Below are positions 1-13,478 of a DNA stretch of 64,000 bases, piece after piece. Numbering within the stretch: position 1 is the first letter of the stretch; each line of letters begins with the position of its first letter. Source of the stretch: Octopus vulgaris (lineage: Eukaryota); assembly GCA_951406725.2 (NCBI GenBank), contig OX597822.1, positions 31,496,001 through 31,560,000 on the forward strand, given 5' to 3'. A program made the position numbers and the translations under genes. Below the pieces are notes generated by a model. That model saw nothing but the letters and a program-made list of their open reading frames with translations. It had not been told where the DNA came from and did not search any database.

Positions 1-1499
1 GAAAATGGTAAGCAATTTATTAATTTTTTGCTTTGTTTTGATGTTTTACTACTTTTCCAATGTGAAAATCAAAGCTATATGTGTTCTGGTTCTTTATGTT
101 CTAGGTTCAAATCTCGTCCAGGTATCTTAATCTTTCAGTCTCCAAAACTGATGAAATAAAGTACCGATCAGTCACCGAGTTGATAAAACGACTGTTCCTT
201 TCTATTGATTTGGAAGTGTTACATAATGTAAGACTTCATTAATTTAACAACAGTAAAAATAGCCTTTGTTTAGTTTTCCTTTAACAATGAATCCTAACAA
301 AATAAATGTATGAATAAATAAATAATACTGAATAGTTTAAAAGGAGATAAGGTATTCATCACGAAATGAGTTGGAATGAATGTACGCTTAAAAGGGATAA
401 AGTTTATTAACGAGGGAAGCTGATAAAGTTATCGCATAAAACATGACCGCCAAATTAGAATCGATTGTGAAGATAGTCATTAACACAATACTACAGCACA
501 TGAAAGGATATTGATAATAAAGAAATATTTAAGAATTTTTTTTATTCATTATTACATAAAATGCCTCTTTTATAACATGTTCTTTTTCAAATTCTCTGCA
601 TGCATGTATGACAGCATGTAGCTCACTTTATGACACTATTATCATATATCGGTCTTTTGAATGAATCACTCTTCCTTCCTTTAATGAGCCTGTTTTGCTC
701 TCCGTCAAAATTTGTGTTTGAGTTTTTTCTCCATCGCTTGCTTTCTTCCTATCTTCGTTTCCTTCCATTTGTTTCTTTCTTTATTTCTCAATTATCACAA
801 AATACAACCATCTTTCTATCAGTTTAAATATACTCATCGCTCCCAGCGCCGTATTCTATTCTTTCTACTTCCGATAAAATAATAGTTTTATTTTTTCCTC
901 CCCTACACAATACTTCATCAAACGATCCTTTCTTACTTTCTCTTATGAGAATTTAATGATATTTAGATTATGCCGTCACGAAATGATTCATTAAATTAAC
1001 ATTATTCGAATTCTATTCTGTCGATATATTTTAGCCGAATAGAAAAAAAAGTTTACACCAAAACGACGAAGAGACAGATTCAACCCAGCAGATTAGCATC
1101 TTAGGTGAGTGCATTTTACCATACCTTCGAGTCTCATAAAACTTTGTCATGCAAATGAGTAACCGAAAACGATGCTGAAGCCCGTCGGATGTATTGGATT
1201 TTTAGTTCGAATTGATTGTACCTATTTATTATATTCATGTTACACAGATCTGTGGAGTGCCCTTCTTCTTATATGCTCTATCAATGAGCTGTAATTTAAT
1301 TGATCACCAACTGAATCTGCATTACTGATTCCATTTACATTTTGTCATTCATCTGACTATCATCTGATTCTTTCTTTTAATACACAGCAAACTTCTATTA
1401 TGTATTTTCTCTCCCCCCTCTCTCTCTCATTCATTCATTCCTTCTCTGCATCGCTGTAATATCAAAATTACAGGCAAACATATTTAGTAAAAACGCGGG

Positions 1500-1775
1500 T
1501 ATTTAAAGGGAAATTTGACAAGACAGTCAGTCGCCCGCTGACACTCGTTGACGCTACATCGAAGAGGCCAGGGAACAGAAGAAAGAAGGAAAAAGAAGAC
1601 TTGCACTCAACACCAGAGCTGAAGACACCTCCGAAACGGTGGAGCGCCATGTCAAAACGGTAGAGGAGTAGGGGCCTAAACCGCACGTGGTTCCTCCTGC
1701 TGATGTCTTGAGCTAATTGGATCCTATAAAGGAGCTGCTATGGAAGCAGAGCACGAAACATGGTTGAAATTTCTT
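1500..1775 (+). mobile_element. GC-richer decayed coding-like fragment, possibly retroelement gag/ORF1
   Basis: Sharp compositional island; frame RYIEEAREQKKEGKRRLALNTRAEDTSE... with stops; no recognised motif. Confidence 0.25.
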
Positions 1776-2517
1776 CCTTTTCAGATATCAGTCGCTGATT
1801 ATCTCCTTTTCACTCATAAATATATATCCTCAGACATTCTATTAAGTCTCTTCCATAAATATAGAAATATACTGTTATACAATTAACTACTTATCTACAA
1901 GGTCGCTACACACGACTTGATGCCGGAGAGTGGTCTTTACATACCGTAAAATACTAATAGTATTAATGATGTCACATATCCCAACCTGTCAGCCAGACAG
2001 CCAATGAGACATCATGAGTTTGTTAATTAGAACAAAACCGAAGTCAGCTACAGCTGTGCAAATTATGTGTGTAGCATAATTATGAACAAACATCTAATGA
2101 ATAACAAAAACATCTACGAGACACGGATGTACTTTGCGAGACAAGTGGAACGGATTGTTTAAACGAAAAAAGCTTAAAAGAAAAAAAAATGCTATATTAG
2201 CAAATAAGCTGATATAGAATTAAGCTGCATGCTAACTTGTTAGTGCAAAGCAGCAAACAAAACTGGTATTTGCGATGATAACTGCTTTAAAATGCTTTCG
2301 CCATTCATATCGCCAGAACAGTAAAACAATGAAATATTCTATAAAATCTATGTAGATTAAATCTAGAATGAGAATCTTTATCGTAATCTATAATATTTTG
2401 TAGGACTAATCGTTTTGCAACCAGTTAACAGATGTAATTTTTTTCCTGAGTAATAGTCGTCAAAAGTGGTAAATTCATATATACATACATACACATATAT
2501 TCAAACACACACACACT

Positions 2518-2563
<46 letters not shown>

Positions 2564-2959
2564 CATGTGAGGCAATCTATATGTGTGTGCGCGTGTTTAT
2601 GTATGTGTGTATGCATGCATGTAGGCATGTACTAGTATATAATTTATTTTATTTCAGAACAGTAATTCTAATAAAGATTATAAAAAAATTGACAATTTAT
2701 TGTTGGTCGATACCTCTTTTCTTCCAAATATTTTTCTCCACACTAAACCTGTTATCCTGACAATGGATGTATATATTTCTTCGAAAATTTTACATTTTCA
2801 ACTGATTTTCTTTTATCATACATCAATATACATTTTATGTGGGTTGATGTCATATCAGATAATAGTTTATTGGTTTAGTGACGTCATAGCCAACACAGGA
2901 GCACGAACACATTTTTGTGTATGTACTTTATTTAATTTTCCTCCTACTGATCCCTTCTT

Positions 2960-3460
2960 CTATAATACAAGAGGCTGTCTTCAGATTAATAGGACGCTGG
3001 TGCTCTGTTCGTTTCCCATATTGTCTGTGTTGATAAGGTGAGGGCGTGTATAGATCCATATTAGTTAACGGTTATTTTTAATATTTTCCTCGCTGTATTG
3101 TTTGTTCGTTTCTCTTTGTTGTATCTGTGGTTCTATTTTTGATCTTCTATGTAAATGAAGATATTTCCTTCATTTTGCTGATTTCCTTCTATGAAATGAG
3201 TAGGTACATTGCGGGACTGTTATTTTAAGGAGTTGTGTCTATTTATCCTCCGATGAGAAACATGTGCACCACAGGATTATTATGAACCAGTTGTTGAGTG
3301 TCCCACTCATGAGGGACTGATGCTAGATGTGTCGAAACAATCGTATGTTTTATTTTACCGTCTTTCATTTACCGTATACATAACAATCTCACTGAAAGTG
3401 ACCGTGTTTTACCAGTAAGCTACCAGGTGTAAGCCGTTCGGTTTATTATACAATAAACAC
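2960..3460 (+). mobile_element. Penelope-like terminal-repeat remnant with degenerate hammerhead core
   Basis: CTCATGA-GGGAC...GTC-GAAAC-AATC-GTA at 3306-3345, next to (TA)n. Confidence 0.4.
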
Positions 3461-3791
3461 GCACACATATATATATATATATACATATACATACAGTGAA
3501 AAGGCTGCATCTTTATAGTGGTGAAAAATATATGGTGTAAAATATATTGTAACAAGAAATGGTAACTGTGTCTGTAGGTATTCACAGTACGTATATTCTG
3601 AACTATAAAATCTTGGTCAAATCACGTAGTTTTAGATCAATCTTTTTGCAAGATGGATTCACTGTGTGTATCTAGGTATTTATGTAATTCTCTCCCCTGA
3701 CCTTTTACACAGTCTCTCTCTCTCTTTTTCTCTTACTGTCTGCACCCCACTCTCTCCGAATTTATATATGTATATGAAAATATATAAATGG

Positions 3792-3855
<64 letters not shown>

Positions 3856-3939
3856 GTATGAATGCATACATACACACACACATATATATATATATATGTG
3901 TTTATATACATACATACATATAGATATACTTATAAACAC

Positions 3940-3975
<36 letters not shown>

Positions 3976-4304
3976 GTCTATATAAGCATATATATATATG
4001 TGAGTCTGTGTGTGTATGTATTATGTATGCATATGCCAGAAATAAGACGAGAAGAGGCATTTCGCCATGTTGTAAGAGGGCAATAATCATGGATTGTCTT
4101 TAGTATATTGTGAACTTTCCTTTCCCCTGTGTGTATTTGGTGCCTGGTTTCTTCTCATTTATGTAGTTTTTAAGTTTTCATCAGCTATTTCAGAATATTT
4201 CTAAGCAGTCAGTACATTCAGTGGCTATGATATGCTAACTTGAGAGTGGAAATGTTTTCCGACTTAAAACCGCATAGATTTTAATTTGTGCGTGTGTATG
4301 TGTG

Positions 4305-4418
4305 TGCTACAGACATCCAGCGACATGACCTCCGTAATGCTATGATGGACCGTGAAGTCTGGCGTAACATAGTAAATTCTATTGTCTCGGCCACGGTCGA
4401 ACAATGATGATGATGATG
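4305..4418 (+). mobile_element. RTE-type LINE 3' end
   Basis: DLRNAMMDREVWRNIV...* followed by a (TGA)n tail. Confidence 0.65.
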
Positions 4419-5636
4419 TGTTGTGTGTGTGTGTGTGTGTCTGCGTGCGTGTGTGTCTGAAGTACTTTAATATAATATTTATTTCAGTAAATACAGAAGC
4501 GTTGATTTCCCCTTGTTATTTCAGTACAGCAGGATAACAAAAAGAAAAAAATAACCTACAATAATTGTGATTCAAAATATTATTATCTTTTCAATGGATG
4601 TACATATACAAATGCCTGTTTTCAGTGTTTATCTAAAACTGTAAATTTTCGCAATCAGATATACAAGTAGGGTTTGAACTCAGACGAGTTCTTCATGAGA
4701 ACTTACCGGTGATATTCCGTCCCGCGGCCAAATTATTTAACTCTGACAACTTAATTTATAGCTACTTCCACTGTACAAATACATCATTTAAACTCATTTA
4801 GAAATATTTATTCAATAAATATTTTATGCCCGTGGTGTCAATAATTGCGAAAACCATTCATTGCTAACAGTTCTTTTTACTTGCTATACTTCATAATTTC
4901 TATAACGTTCATTGATAATATATGATGATTCTATTTTCATGTTATTTTCTTGTATTCTTGCAATAGTTTTCTTAACTGGATTGGGCTGTCGACATGAGAG
5001 AACACTTTTCTCTTCTTTATCAATTCTATTCACATCTAGGAATTTTAAAGAAATATAAATAGACTCCAGTAATTAACTGGCACGTAATTGTTCCCACCTT
5101 TTGAGAATGGATTTTATTAAGGACATGGTTGAGGCTTGAAATCTGAAAGGTTCAACGCCCTGAGAGAAGGCATTTGTTTAAACGCCCGATCAATTCTTCC
5201 CTTTGATTGTTTGGATCATTTCTTCCCTTTTATGTACAATGCAATTACAGCATTAGGCTTTCTACTGCAGCTACCAATAATGACTACATTGGTTACTAAT
5301 AATGTTTACTCTGGCAACTAATAATAACAAATCTGTCTAACAACAATGTGTTATATAAGTTACAAAAAGTTCTTCCTGATCAGTAAATTATTACTAACTC
5401 CACAATAATTGATAAATATTTTGTGATGAAAATCGTTAAGTATTTTGTACATTTTGTCTGCCGGCAAAATGTAAGGTCTATAAGAAAAGTTTATCTTGCC
5501 AATTATGGCCTGCAATATGGAACACCTTATCAACAACATCTATTAGTATATAACTTCTCCACTTCTGTATAAAAAATCCATGAATAGCTCTTACTTTCAA
5601 CGTCTGAGAAGAACTAAGAAGTTTTTTATATTATCA

Positions 5637-5706
<70 letters not shown>

Positions 5707-5712
5707 CTTCAT

Positions 5713-5760
<48 letters not shown>

Positions 5761-5989
5761 ATATATGTCTGTATGTATATATATATGTATATATGTCTGT
5801 ATGTATGTATATATATATGGTGGTTGTCTACTCTTTATACAAAGTCTGAGCACCTCTTGTATCTACAACATAGATCCACGATGATGCGGCTTATTAAACC
5901 ATACAATGTACAGTAATGCCTCGAATATCGCGCGTTATGTTCCAAAACCTCCTATAGAATTAATTAAAATCTAAAAAATTATAAATACT

Positions 5990-6560
5990 TATCAGCCGCA
6001 GAAACCTTCTTCATTTTCTATAACCGGACTATTTCGTACTTAAGAGGGTTGTATTTATCTATATTTCCGCCATTCTTGTTGACTATTCGTGGGTTAAGGG
6101 GGTATGCAACATCAACTTTATAGCATATGTAGTGCACCTTGTCCAACACCTGATCTGTTTGGATTTGGAAATCCCAGAGGATTTTCCTAATCTTTGACTC
6201 CACCGCTCTCTGCGGTTTGTTCTCATACCATGTCTTCCCTCTCTCTAGCCCCTACTTTCCCAATGTAGCACTGTCACTACCTGATCGTAATCGCCACAAC
6301 TTGTAGTGATTTTGGGCAAGTCTAGGGCATTTGTTCCTGACTTGGGCAATGGTTCCACCCACTCTGTTGCAGCGGAGACACTTACTCATTCTTAAGGTCA
6401 ACTCTGCACTTCTTCATTCTTAAGGTTGACTCTCCAGTTTCTGACCAACGCTGCCAATTTAGTGCCCTCGATCTCATTTTTTAAAGATTCCTCTCATCAG
6501 CCAATGTGACCTATTTTTCCAGCAAATTCTGTTGTAGCTATATGGAATTGATTGTGCAGA
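5990..6560 (-). mobile_element. Decayed R4/Dong-type (restriction-like endonuclease) non-LTR element fragment
   Basis: KILWDFQIQTD..DVAYP..KY.PLKYEI.RL motif; adjacent (AAT)n-like tract. Confidence 0.7.
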
Positions 6561-7114
6561 CCCTTCTTGCGTAATTCTTTTTCTTATTATTATCATTATT
6601 AAAATTATTATTACTAAAATTATTAATATTATTATTATTATAGTCATTGTTGTTTTTGTTGCTGAAGTTTTCAATTTGAGAAGTGCAGTTTAATTTGAAG
6701 CCATTAATGAATGATATAATAAAACAGCTGCTGCTATGCAGAACAAATAGTACAGCATGTTCATCTGTCACTTGATATAAATGCAGTCCATTATTTTCAA
6801 TAATATTAACACTAATTTATAAAACATTTACCGTACAGAATAGTTTATATGTAGTTAGATTAGTATTGTTGAATTAATGTAGTGACCCCAAAAATATTAA
6901 ATGAAATAATGTTACACTCTTAATCAAGTTGAAATAAAAATTAACTGTAATAATAATTCTTGTCAAGAGGCTCGGAGTAGATTGTCCAGTGACAACACTG
7001 GACATATTTAATTCATATTCCACTTCTTTAGCAAAATATGCTTTAAAACCTTATGGCGACCGAGGGATGGCAGACTTGTTAGTGAAATATAATTATTATA
7101 TAAAGTAACTTTCT

Positions 7115-7789
7115 TAAATTTTTGCACAAGACACAGCCCGTTAATATTGTGATAAATGTATAGTTTATTCAAATACAACAACTCTGCAGTAAACCTGCAG
7201 TGATAATGAAATGTATTTTCTTTACTTCTAAAATAATGTCTATACACTTAATATCACACTCACTAGAGGTCATTAATGTTTCGTACATGATACTTCACAT
7301 CGAAAATGCAATGACAGCAGTTTGTCATTTCTTTTAGAATCTGTCAATGAAAAATAAGAAATATAAAATACAGTAATGTTAGTTGACATTCTGAAGGAAA
7401 GCTTCTTTACTTTTTGTCTTCTTAATGCCTCTAAATTATATTGTTCTTCAACTAAATTTTTGCTGAATGATGCAATTGTTCTGTTTAAGTAGTCTATGTT
7501 TCATGCTGCTTAGAAAAGACTTAAAGGCAAGAAAACTCTGCTGACATTTAAAATTCTTTTTGCAAATTGATAAACTCGGTGAATAATCCAAAAGAAAATT
7601 TGTAACAAAAGAGAAGAAACTTCATTGCAAAATGAGAATAACAAATTAGGTGTAACCGAAATAAATCGTACACAATTATATGAGATGAAATAAAAGAAAT
7701 GTATTGTCTAAGTGATAGAATAGTTCTCATATTCACAATTCAACTGTATTTTGCTTACTAAGAGTTTCTTCATTAATGCAACAAGTTTT
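7115..7789 (-). pseudogene. CFAP57: CFAP57-like C-terminal coiled-coil exon remnants
   Basis: RKLVALMKK, ILSLRQYI, FSKQH, NIDYLNRTIASFSKNL, then a 70-bp GT-AG intron (7341-7410) and exon 7264-7340 ILKEMTNCCHCIFDVK vs FKTDLHNCV..IQEPK. Confidence 0.6.
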
Positions 7790-7959
7790 CTATCGAAAGC
7801 ATAACAAAATACAGTTTATAATATCGCCAATAAAAGAATAATGAGAAACTCTCATAGTTATTCATTGCTACCAATATTATATTTAGCAAAGACAATTTTT
7901 TTTGAATTCATATTAAAACAGCGAATTGGTTTATATCTGAGATTATATCAGTAGAGAAT

Positions 7960-8290
7960 ATTTTTTTTATTTTTTTTTATTTTATCTAGTTTCAGCTCAC
8001 GAGCTGTGACCATGCTGGGGCACCGCCATTTGGTGTTGCTACATGATTTTATTTCACGAAATGCTTTTCAGCAATTGCCATTTGGTGCATGAGAGAGTTC
8101 GATGCAGCTGCCCTCATCTGCACCTCCTGCCGTGAAGTTGGTTCATCTTGGACACCTGACAGGAAGAGATCCACTTTTATTTTAAAGACATCTGCATCCA
8201 CCCCATGCAGGTTCTTCGGGAGGATATTGAAGAGCTGTGGGCCTCGGAAGCCCAGGCTATCACAGTATCTTGTCCTACATCTTGATGGCA
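7960..8290 (-). mobile_element. CR1/L2-group LINE 3' end
   Basis: SLGFRGPQLFNILPKNL..FKIKVDLFLSGVQDEP RT C-terminus, 3' UTR and A-rich tail. Confidence 0.75.
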
Positions 8291-8321
8291 AATATATTGC
8301 GACATATTTCATTTTCCTAAC

Positions 8322-8480
8322 CTAGATGTTGTGTCATTCTATAACGTTGGTTCTTTATATTGACTGACAACATCCAAGTAGGAGTGTTGTAATTTGAGCT
8401 GATAGTAAATTCTTATTATCTAAACTCATTTTTAACGTTGAATATCGGGATTACGATGCGGGTCGATCATTGTGTTTGCA
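8322..8480 (-). pseudogene. CFAP57: CFAP57-like exon remnant
   Basis: NKNLLSAQITTL(fs)LDVVSQYKEPTL*NDTTS vs [31 protein letters not shown]; donor gttagg is phase-compatible with the acceptor at 7790. Confidence 0.55.
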
Positions 8481-8714
8481 CTCAGAAAATAGGAAAGTTA
8501 AATTTCATTATATGAAACCTCGCGTTTGCATAAAGAAATATGAAAAGTAAATCGCAGCACAAAATCACCTTGAATTAAATAATCTGGTGTATTTTTAGTT
8601 TATTATATTTATATCCATTATAAAATACACTGAATGGCGTTTCACTTCGGGAAAAGAGAAAGTTGAACTCTAACAAGAGTAGCAAAAAAGACTGTTCTAT
8701 AAAAAGAATGTAGA

Positions 8715-9466
8715 TACGAGCATTGATTAGGTTTAAAGTAGTTTTGTTTTTCTTTTCTATAACTGTAATCCTTCCAGCAGTTTCACTTCCGTGAATGTCG
8801 GTATTGCTTCCGATTACCAACCAAAGAAAAATAAAGACACGAAAGGTAAAGAAAAAATAGCATCGTCGCATAGTGTCTATCTTATCAGATAGATTGCATA
8901 ATGTGATATAAAGTAGGTGCTTTTGGTCCTGAATTCATGAAATATTATGGTCTGACATAGCAGTGATTTTGAAAAGTTTATCTCTGATATATTCTTTTCT
9001 ACTCTAGGCACACGGTCTGAAATTTTGAGGGAAGTGGGGCAGTCGATTAGATAGACCCAAATACGCAACTAGTTCTTAATTATCGGCCCCGAAAGGATGA
9101 AAGGCAAAATCGACCTCGGCAGAATTTGAACTCAGGGAGACGGACGAAATACTTATTTCTATTTCTTTACTACCCACAAGTGGCTAAACACAGAGAGAAC
9201 AAACAAGGACAGGCAAACGGATTAAGTCGATTATATCGATCCCAGTGCGTAACTGGTACTTATTTTATCGACCCCGAAAGGATGAAAGGCAAAGTCGTCC
9301 ACGGCGGAATTTGAACGTAGAACGTAGCGGCAGACGAAATACTGCTAAGCATTTCACCCGGCGTGCTAATGTTTCTGCCAGCTCGCCACCTTTTATCTCT
9401 AATAAATTAAAATGAATTGTCTATGAAAAGCACAACTCAGTGAGTAGTTGATGATTTGACATTCGT
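8715..9466 (-). pseudogene. CFAP57: CFAP57-like coiled-coil exon remnant(s) split by a SINE insertion
   Basis: SNHQLLTE vs NNQKLLLE (9393-9466). After removing the SINEs the frame continues (FSKSL..FISHYAIYL vs YEKQL..LTEFYEAKL). GRITVIEKKNKTTLNLINAR vs [20 protein letters not shown] is ungapped. Confidence 0.6.
8994..9391 (-). mobile_element. Tandem tRNA-derived SINEs (family A) with imperfect 17-bp target duplication
   Basis: Family-A consensus (ggcgagctggcagaa..gttcaaattccgccg..cctttcatcctttcggggtcgat); flanks tttatctctgatatatt (8977-8993) and tttatctctaataaatt (9392-9408). Confidence 0.85.
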
Positions 9467-10088
9467 AGCAGCAGCAGCAGTAGTAGTTGTGTAATATTAG
9501 TAGTAGTTGTAGTTGTCATAATCTTTGTTTACTGAATAGGCCATTTTGCCTTAACATTGTTTGGAAAGCAATTTATTTCCACATAATTCCCCTGAGACTA
9601 CTCAGCTAGCCTTTGATTATTCAAATATAGATGCTTATAGATTTGAGAGTGATAATAATTTCTAAAATGTATTACATATACAGAAATAAAAGAGGCAGTA
9701 TACTTTCCCTTTTTTTCTTACACCATCTAAAGAGCAGGCGTTATGAAACAATTACTTCTTCAGAGCTGACTCTAGTAACATGTCGTAGAGAGTGTGTGAC
9801 TGAAAGATCCTGAGAGCTACCTTATCAATTTGTCACTGTGTAATATAAACTATATTGGGTGAGTGAGAGCAGTGTGTATTCGATAATTAAGTTACATCAC
9901 TTTGGTTTGAATTAAAATCCTGTAAGGATCGACTTGGTCTTTAATCAGATGGGGTCGACGAAATAATATGTACTGTAATCGATTAAATCAGCTCTATCAT
10001 TTTCTTAACATTTGTTAGAAATCAATACAATAGAAATTTGATTAGAAAATTTAAAACAAATTTCAAAAGAATTTTTCTTCAAAGAAAC

Positions 10089-10235
10089 CAACATGGAGTT
10101 GTGTTAAAGTTGTGTTAAACTTTCAAGTTATGATATCTTAGTTCATTACATTGATTTTTGTAAGTAATTTGCGTGTCATTATTGATTTCTTGCATTTAAA
10201 TTTGTCGGTCAATTGCTCAATGCCGTGAACTAAAT
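10089..10235 (-). pseudogene. CFAP57: CFAP57-like exon remnant (coiled coil)
   Basis: HGIEQLTDKF(frameshift)MQEI vs EKIKELTDKFIQEM. Confidence 0.75.
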
Positions 10236-10639
10236 CTAGTGCAATAATAGTGAAGTTACATCAAACCTTTCGGAATTGAGACCGATCCACGTTTACAACA
10301 CATCAGGAGCCTTAGATGTAAACCGGTGGCCTCTTTGTAGTTTATTGGGCTGCAGGAAATAGCAATACAATCAGTGACAAATTATACGCTACCATCTTGG
10401 AATGGGAGAACAACAAGACAGTATAAGCGATTAGACAAGATGCTCTCCATGATGATTCAATGAACTTAAATACGGCGGTTTTCTTTTTAAGGATTGCTTC
10501 AATAGGTCTGAGATAGACTTAAACACCTCAACAAAAATGTTAAGTAAGTCCTTGTGGGATTAATCTCTCTTGTAGAGATGTCTTAGATGGGGTTGAACAC
10601 AGTGAAACAGACACAAGTATATAGACATACATCGGTGAT

Positions 10640-11560
10640 GTATCTAGTGGAATATTTAAAAATTTTACACTCATCGTAATTTAGGAAGCTTTTGGTCGCA
10701 TGTACCTTATGAACAATATAGCTCGAACGTATAAAGTCTAATTTTACATGGAATTTTACTATGTTAGAATACTAAAACGCCAGTTGGTATCAAGGAAAGA
10801 TTACTTCTTTCAACAATAAATCTAAATGAATTTATGAAATTTTATTATGCCGGACGACTTTGCATATTTTGAAGGAAATATTTCAGTATTGGTAAATTAC
10901 CATTTGACGATGATATTCGTTTAATGGAACAGAATAACGCATGACTAAAATATCTTACAAATACGCCTGAATACAAAATGCTGTAAGGCATAGAATATAA
11001 CTAAAGCTGAAACAAAATCAAAAAGAGTTCGTACAATTACTCTCAAAAACGAAAGGGTGAATGCAATAGTGTGTTATATTTAAAAGAAGTTGAAGATTTT
11101 AAATATCTAGTAGGAACAATAACGGAAGGAATAAATTAACAGAACGAAGTAAAAATTCAGGATTTCCGAAGCTACAATGGCGGCAGTATCAGAAAAAAAT
11201 AGCAAAAAAAAAAGTCTTTAGAAAGCAATTATAGTTGTAGATGCGATATATAGACTGGAATCATGAATATTACATTCTGTATGTGAGAACAAGATAAGTG
11301 ATTTTGAAATGAAATATAATAGAAAAGTAGTTAATATTCCGTATAGCGAATGTGGAAATAAACTGATTGTGAGGATATTTTTGAGAATCTCTGAAGCCCT
11401 CTGGTTACGTTAAACAGAACAACATGATAATAATTTGTATCGATCGAATATCTTCATGATGTAAAAAGAAAAAAAAACCCGTAGAAGATGCAGAAGTAGA
11501 AACATGGCTGCTGATTCAGCTACTGGGAAGAGCCTGGTAGAAAACATGACGTTAACTATC
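10640..11560 (+). mobile_element. Old LINE reverse-transcriptase remnant (RTE-like)
   Basis: FDDDI (FADD-like) and EVEDFKYL motifs with stops. Confidence 0.6.
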
Positions 11561-11564
11561 CATA

Positions 11565-11604
<40 letters not shown>

Positions 11605-11924
11605 GGTACTTGTGTAATTTCCTATGTACCACCGGCATATTTATAAAATGTATCTCAACTGATTGAATAAAATCATTGTTTAGACAGGTTAATGTTCAAT
11701 AATCTTTATTTTTCTGACATTCGTAAATGGTGAGATGAGTAAAAGTACAAGAAAAACTAATTCTCATATTGGAAGGGATACGAAAACTGGCAATTGAGTG
11801 ATTTCTATGAAAGGGTACCAAAAACGGTGCCTGTGGCGCTAAATCGAGTAATGGTGGGGCAGCACCCAATGATTTATCGTTCGTAAAATCAAATATAAAC
11901 ATTAACATTAATTCAGTATCGCAA

Positions 11925-12194
11925 TGTGTATACATTAACGCACACACGCAATCATTGAGCAAATAGATTCAAACTAGTATCTATTACAGGTGGCCTCTAG
12001 AGATAAATGTTAGCATTCTGTACTTCACTATAAGGTGACGGTAAAGTATAATGAAGCAGCGTGTCAATAAAATTATTGTATTGTTATATATTCGGAGAAT
12101 AATGCATTTCATATTTGGTGTTGGGAATGAATGAGAACAAGTAGTTTTGAGACCTTAGAGAATTGCGTTAGGTGAAGTATGGAGAGTTTTTTCC
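11925..12194 (-). pseudogene. CFAP57: CFAP57-like exon remnants (last WD40 blades)
   Basis: Acceptor ttttagttacag; FSKVSKLLVLIHSQHQI vs ISHSGRMMFVGTSVGTI, then LHYTLP..PPVI vs MKYPLP..GPIT. Confidence 0.5.
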
Positions 12195-12394
12195 CTGTAA
12201 CTAAAAGTGCACAATATTCGGATATTTTATTTCTCATAAACAAACCACTTTCATTTTTTCCCTTATTTCGCCAATTTAATTGTTTTCGTCTTGTCTTCCT
12301 TTTCCGAATTTTTCCTTCCATTATATGAATAAATATGTGTGTTTGGTGTGGTGGTGTATACATACATTTGTACACACACACATACATATATACT

Positions 12395-12441
<47 letters not shown>

Positions 12442-12447
<6 letters not shown>

Positions 12448-12563
12448 TATATAGAAGGAGCTTCTACAGGACTAGAACTGTTTCATTCAAGAGAAATCTT
12501 CAGGAAGATTTCTCTTGAATGAAACAGTTCTAGTCCTGTAGAAGCTCCTTCTATATAATAAAT
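12442..12563. repeat. Perfect 60-bp-arm palindrome (2-nt spacer) with hammerhead-like core; Penelope-like inverted terminus
   Basis: Arms 12442-12501 and 12504-12563 are exact reverse complements; minus strand reads CTGAAGA..GAAAC..GTC. Confidence 0.85.
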
Positions 12564-12629
12564 TAATTTTACTCTGCTATGTATTGAGTACCTTATTTAC
12601 TGTGGTTAACCCCGAATCAACCCGGGACC

Positions 12630-12676
<47 letters not shown>

Positions 12677-12796
12677 GTATATGTTTATGTATATATGATA
12701 CAAAGATAGATAGACAAATAGATAGATAAATAGAGAGATAGATGTATACATACATAGGTACATACATAGGTACATATATATATACATATATATATA

Positions 12797-13166
12797 TCTC
12801 TCTATATATAAACGGCAGTTTGTCTGTGCGTGTTTCTGTGTGTCTGTTTGCTTGTACCCTCACCCTGACCACGGCTTTCAACCGATTCTGATGAAACTTG
12901 ACACACACATAGCCCAATGTCATAATTCAAAACTAACGCAGTGAAAATTTTGAAAAGTTCCCCCAGTTCTGAAAAAAATCGATAAAATCGACATGGGGTC
13001 GAGAATCAGAAACAAACCACAGACTGTCTAGGGGACGCAACTCAACCTTTTTTAACTCAAAAAAAATTTACCATCATTTTTTTGCTATTTTTTGGCTATA
13101 ACTCTCTAAAAATGCTTTATAGTTATTTCCCTTACAAACCTGAGCAACGCCGGGCGATACTGCTAG
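12797..13166 (+). mobile_element. Non-autonomous Helitron
   Basis: 5' TC(TC)TATATATAAA start; 3' GC-rich subterminal gcaacgccgggcg then CTAG; inserted between A and T. Confidence 0.75.
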
Positions 13167-13478
13167 TATATATATATATATATATATATGTACATGCACA
13201 TACGCGCAAACGCACACTTAAATAGACACACAAATACACACGCACACACGTATGTGCAATATATTTGTAAAAGAGATGAATATAAAGAGGCAAGGAGGGA
13301 ATTGCATAAATACAATTAGATAACTATCGTATAATTTTCAATATTATTAGAAAAGACAGAAAACGATATTAAGCGTTAAAAACTGAGTGAATAAAGAAAA
13401 ACTCCGTAAATTGCTATAGATAAAAAAATGTTTTTTAACGATTAGATCTATTTGAAATTTGTAATAATTTGTTCTTAA

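Noticed and set aside
1618-1650. CTGAAGA..CGAAAC hammerhead-like words
   Set aside because: No stem II pairing and no NUH cleavage triplet at the right spacing.
5140-5200. LRR-like peptide AFKQMPSLRALNLS on the minus strand
   Set aside because: Single repeat bounded by stops and lacking the conserved Asn. An overlapping frame (NQREELIGRL) fits the CFAP57 C-terminus at least as well.
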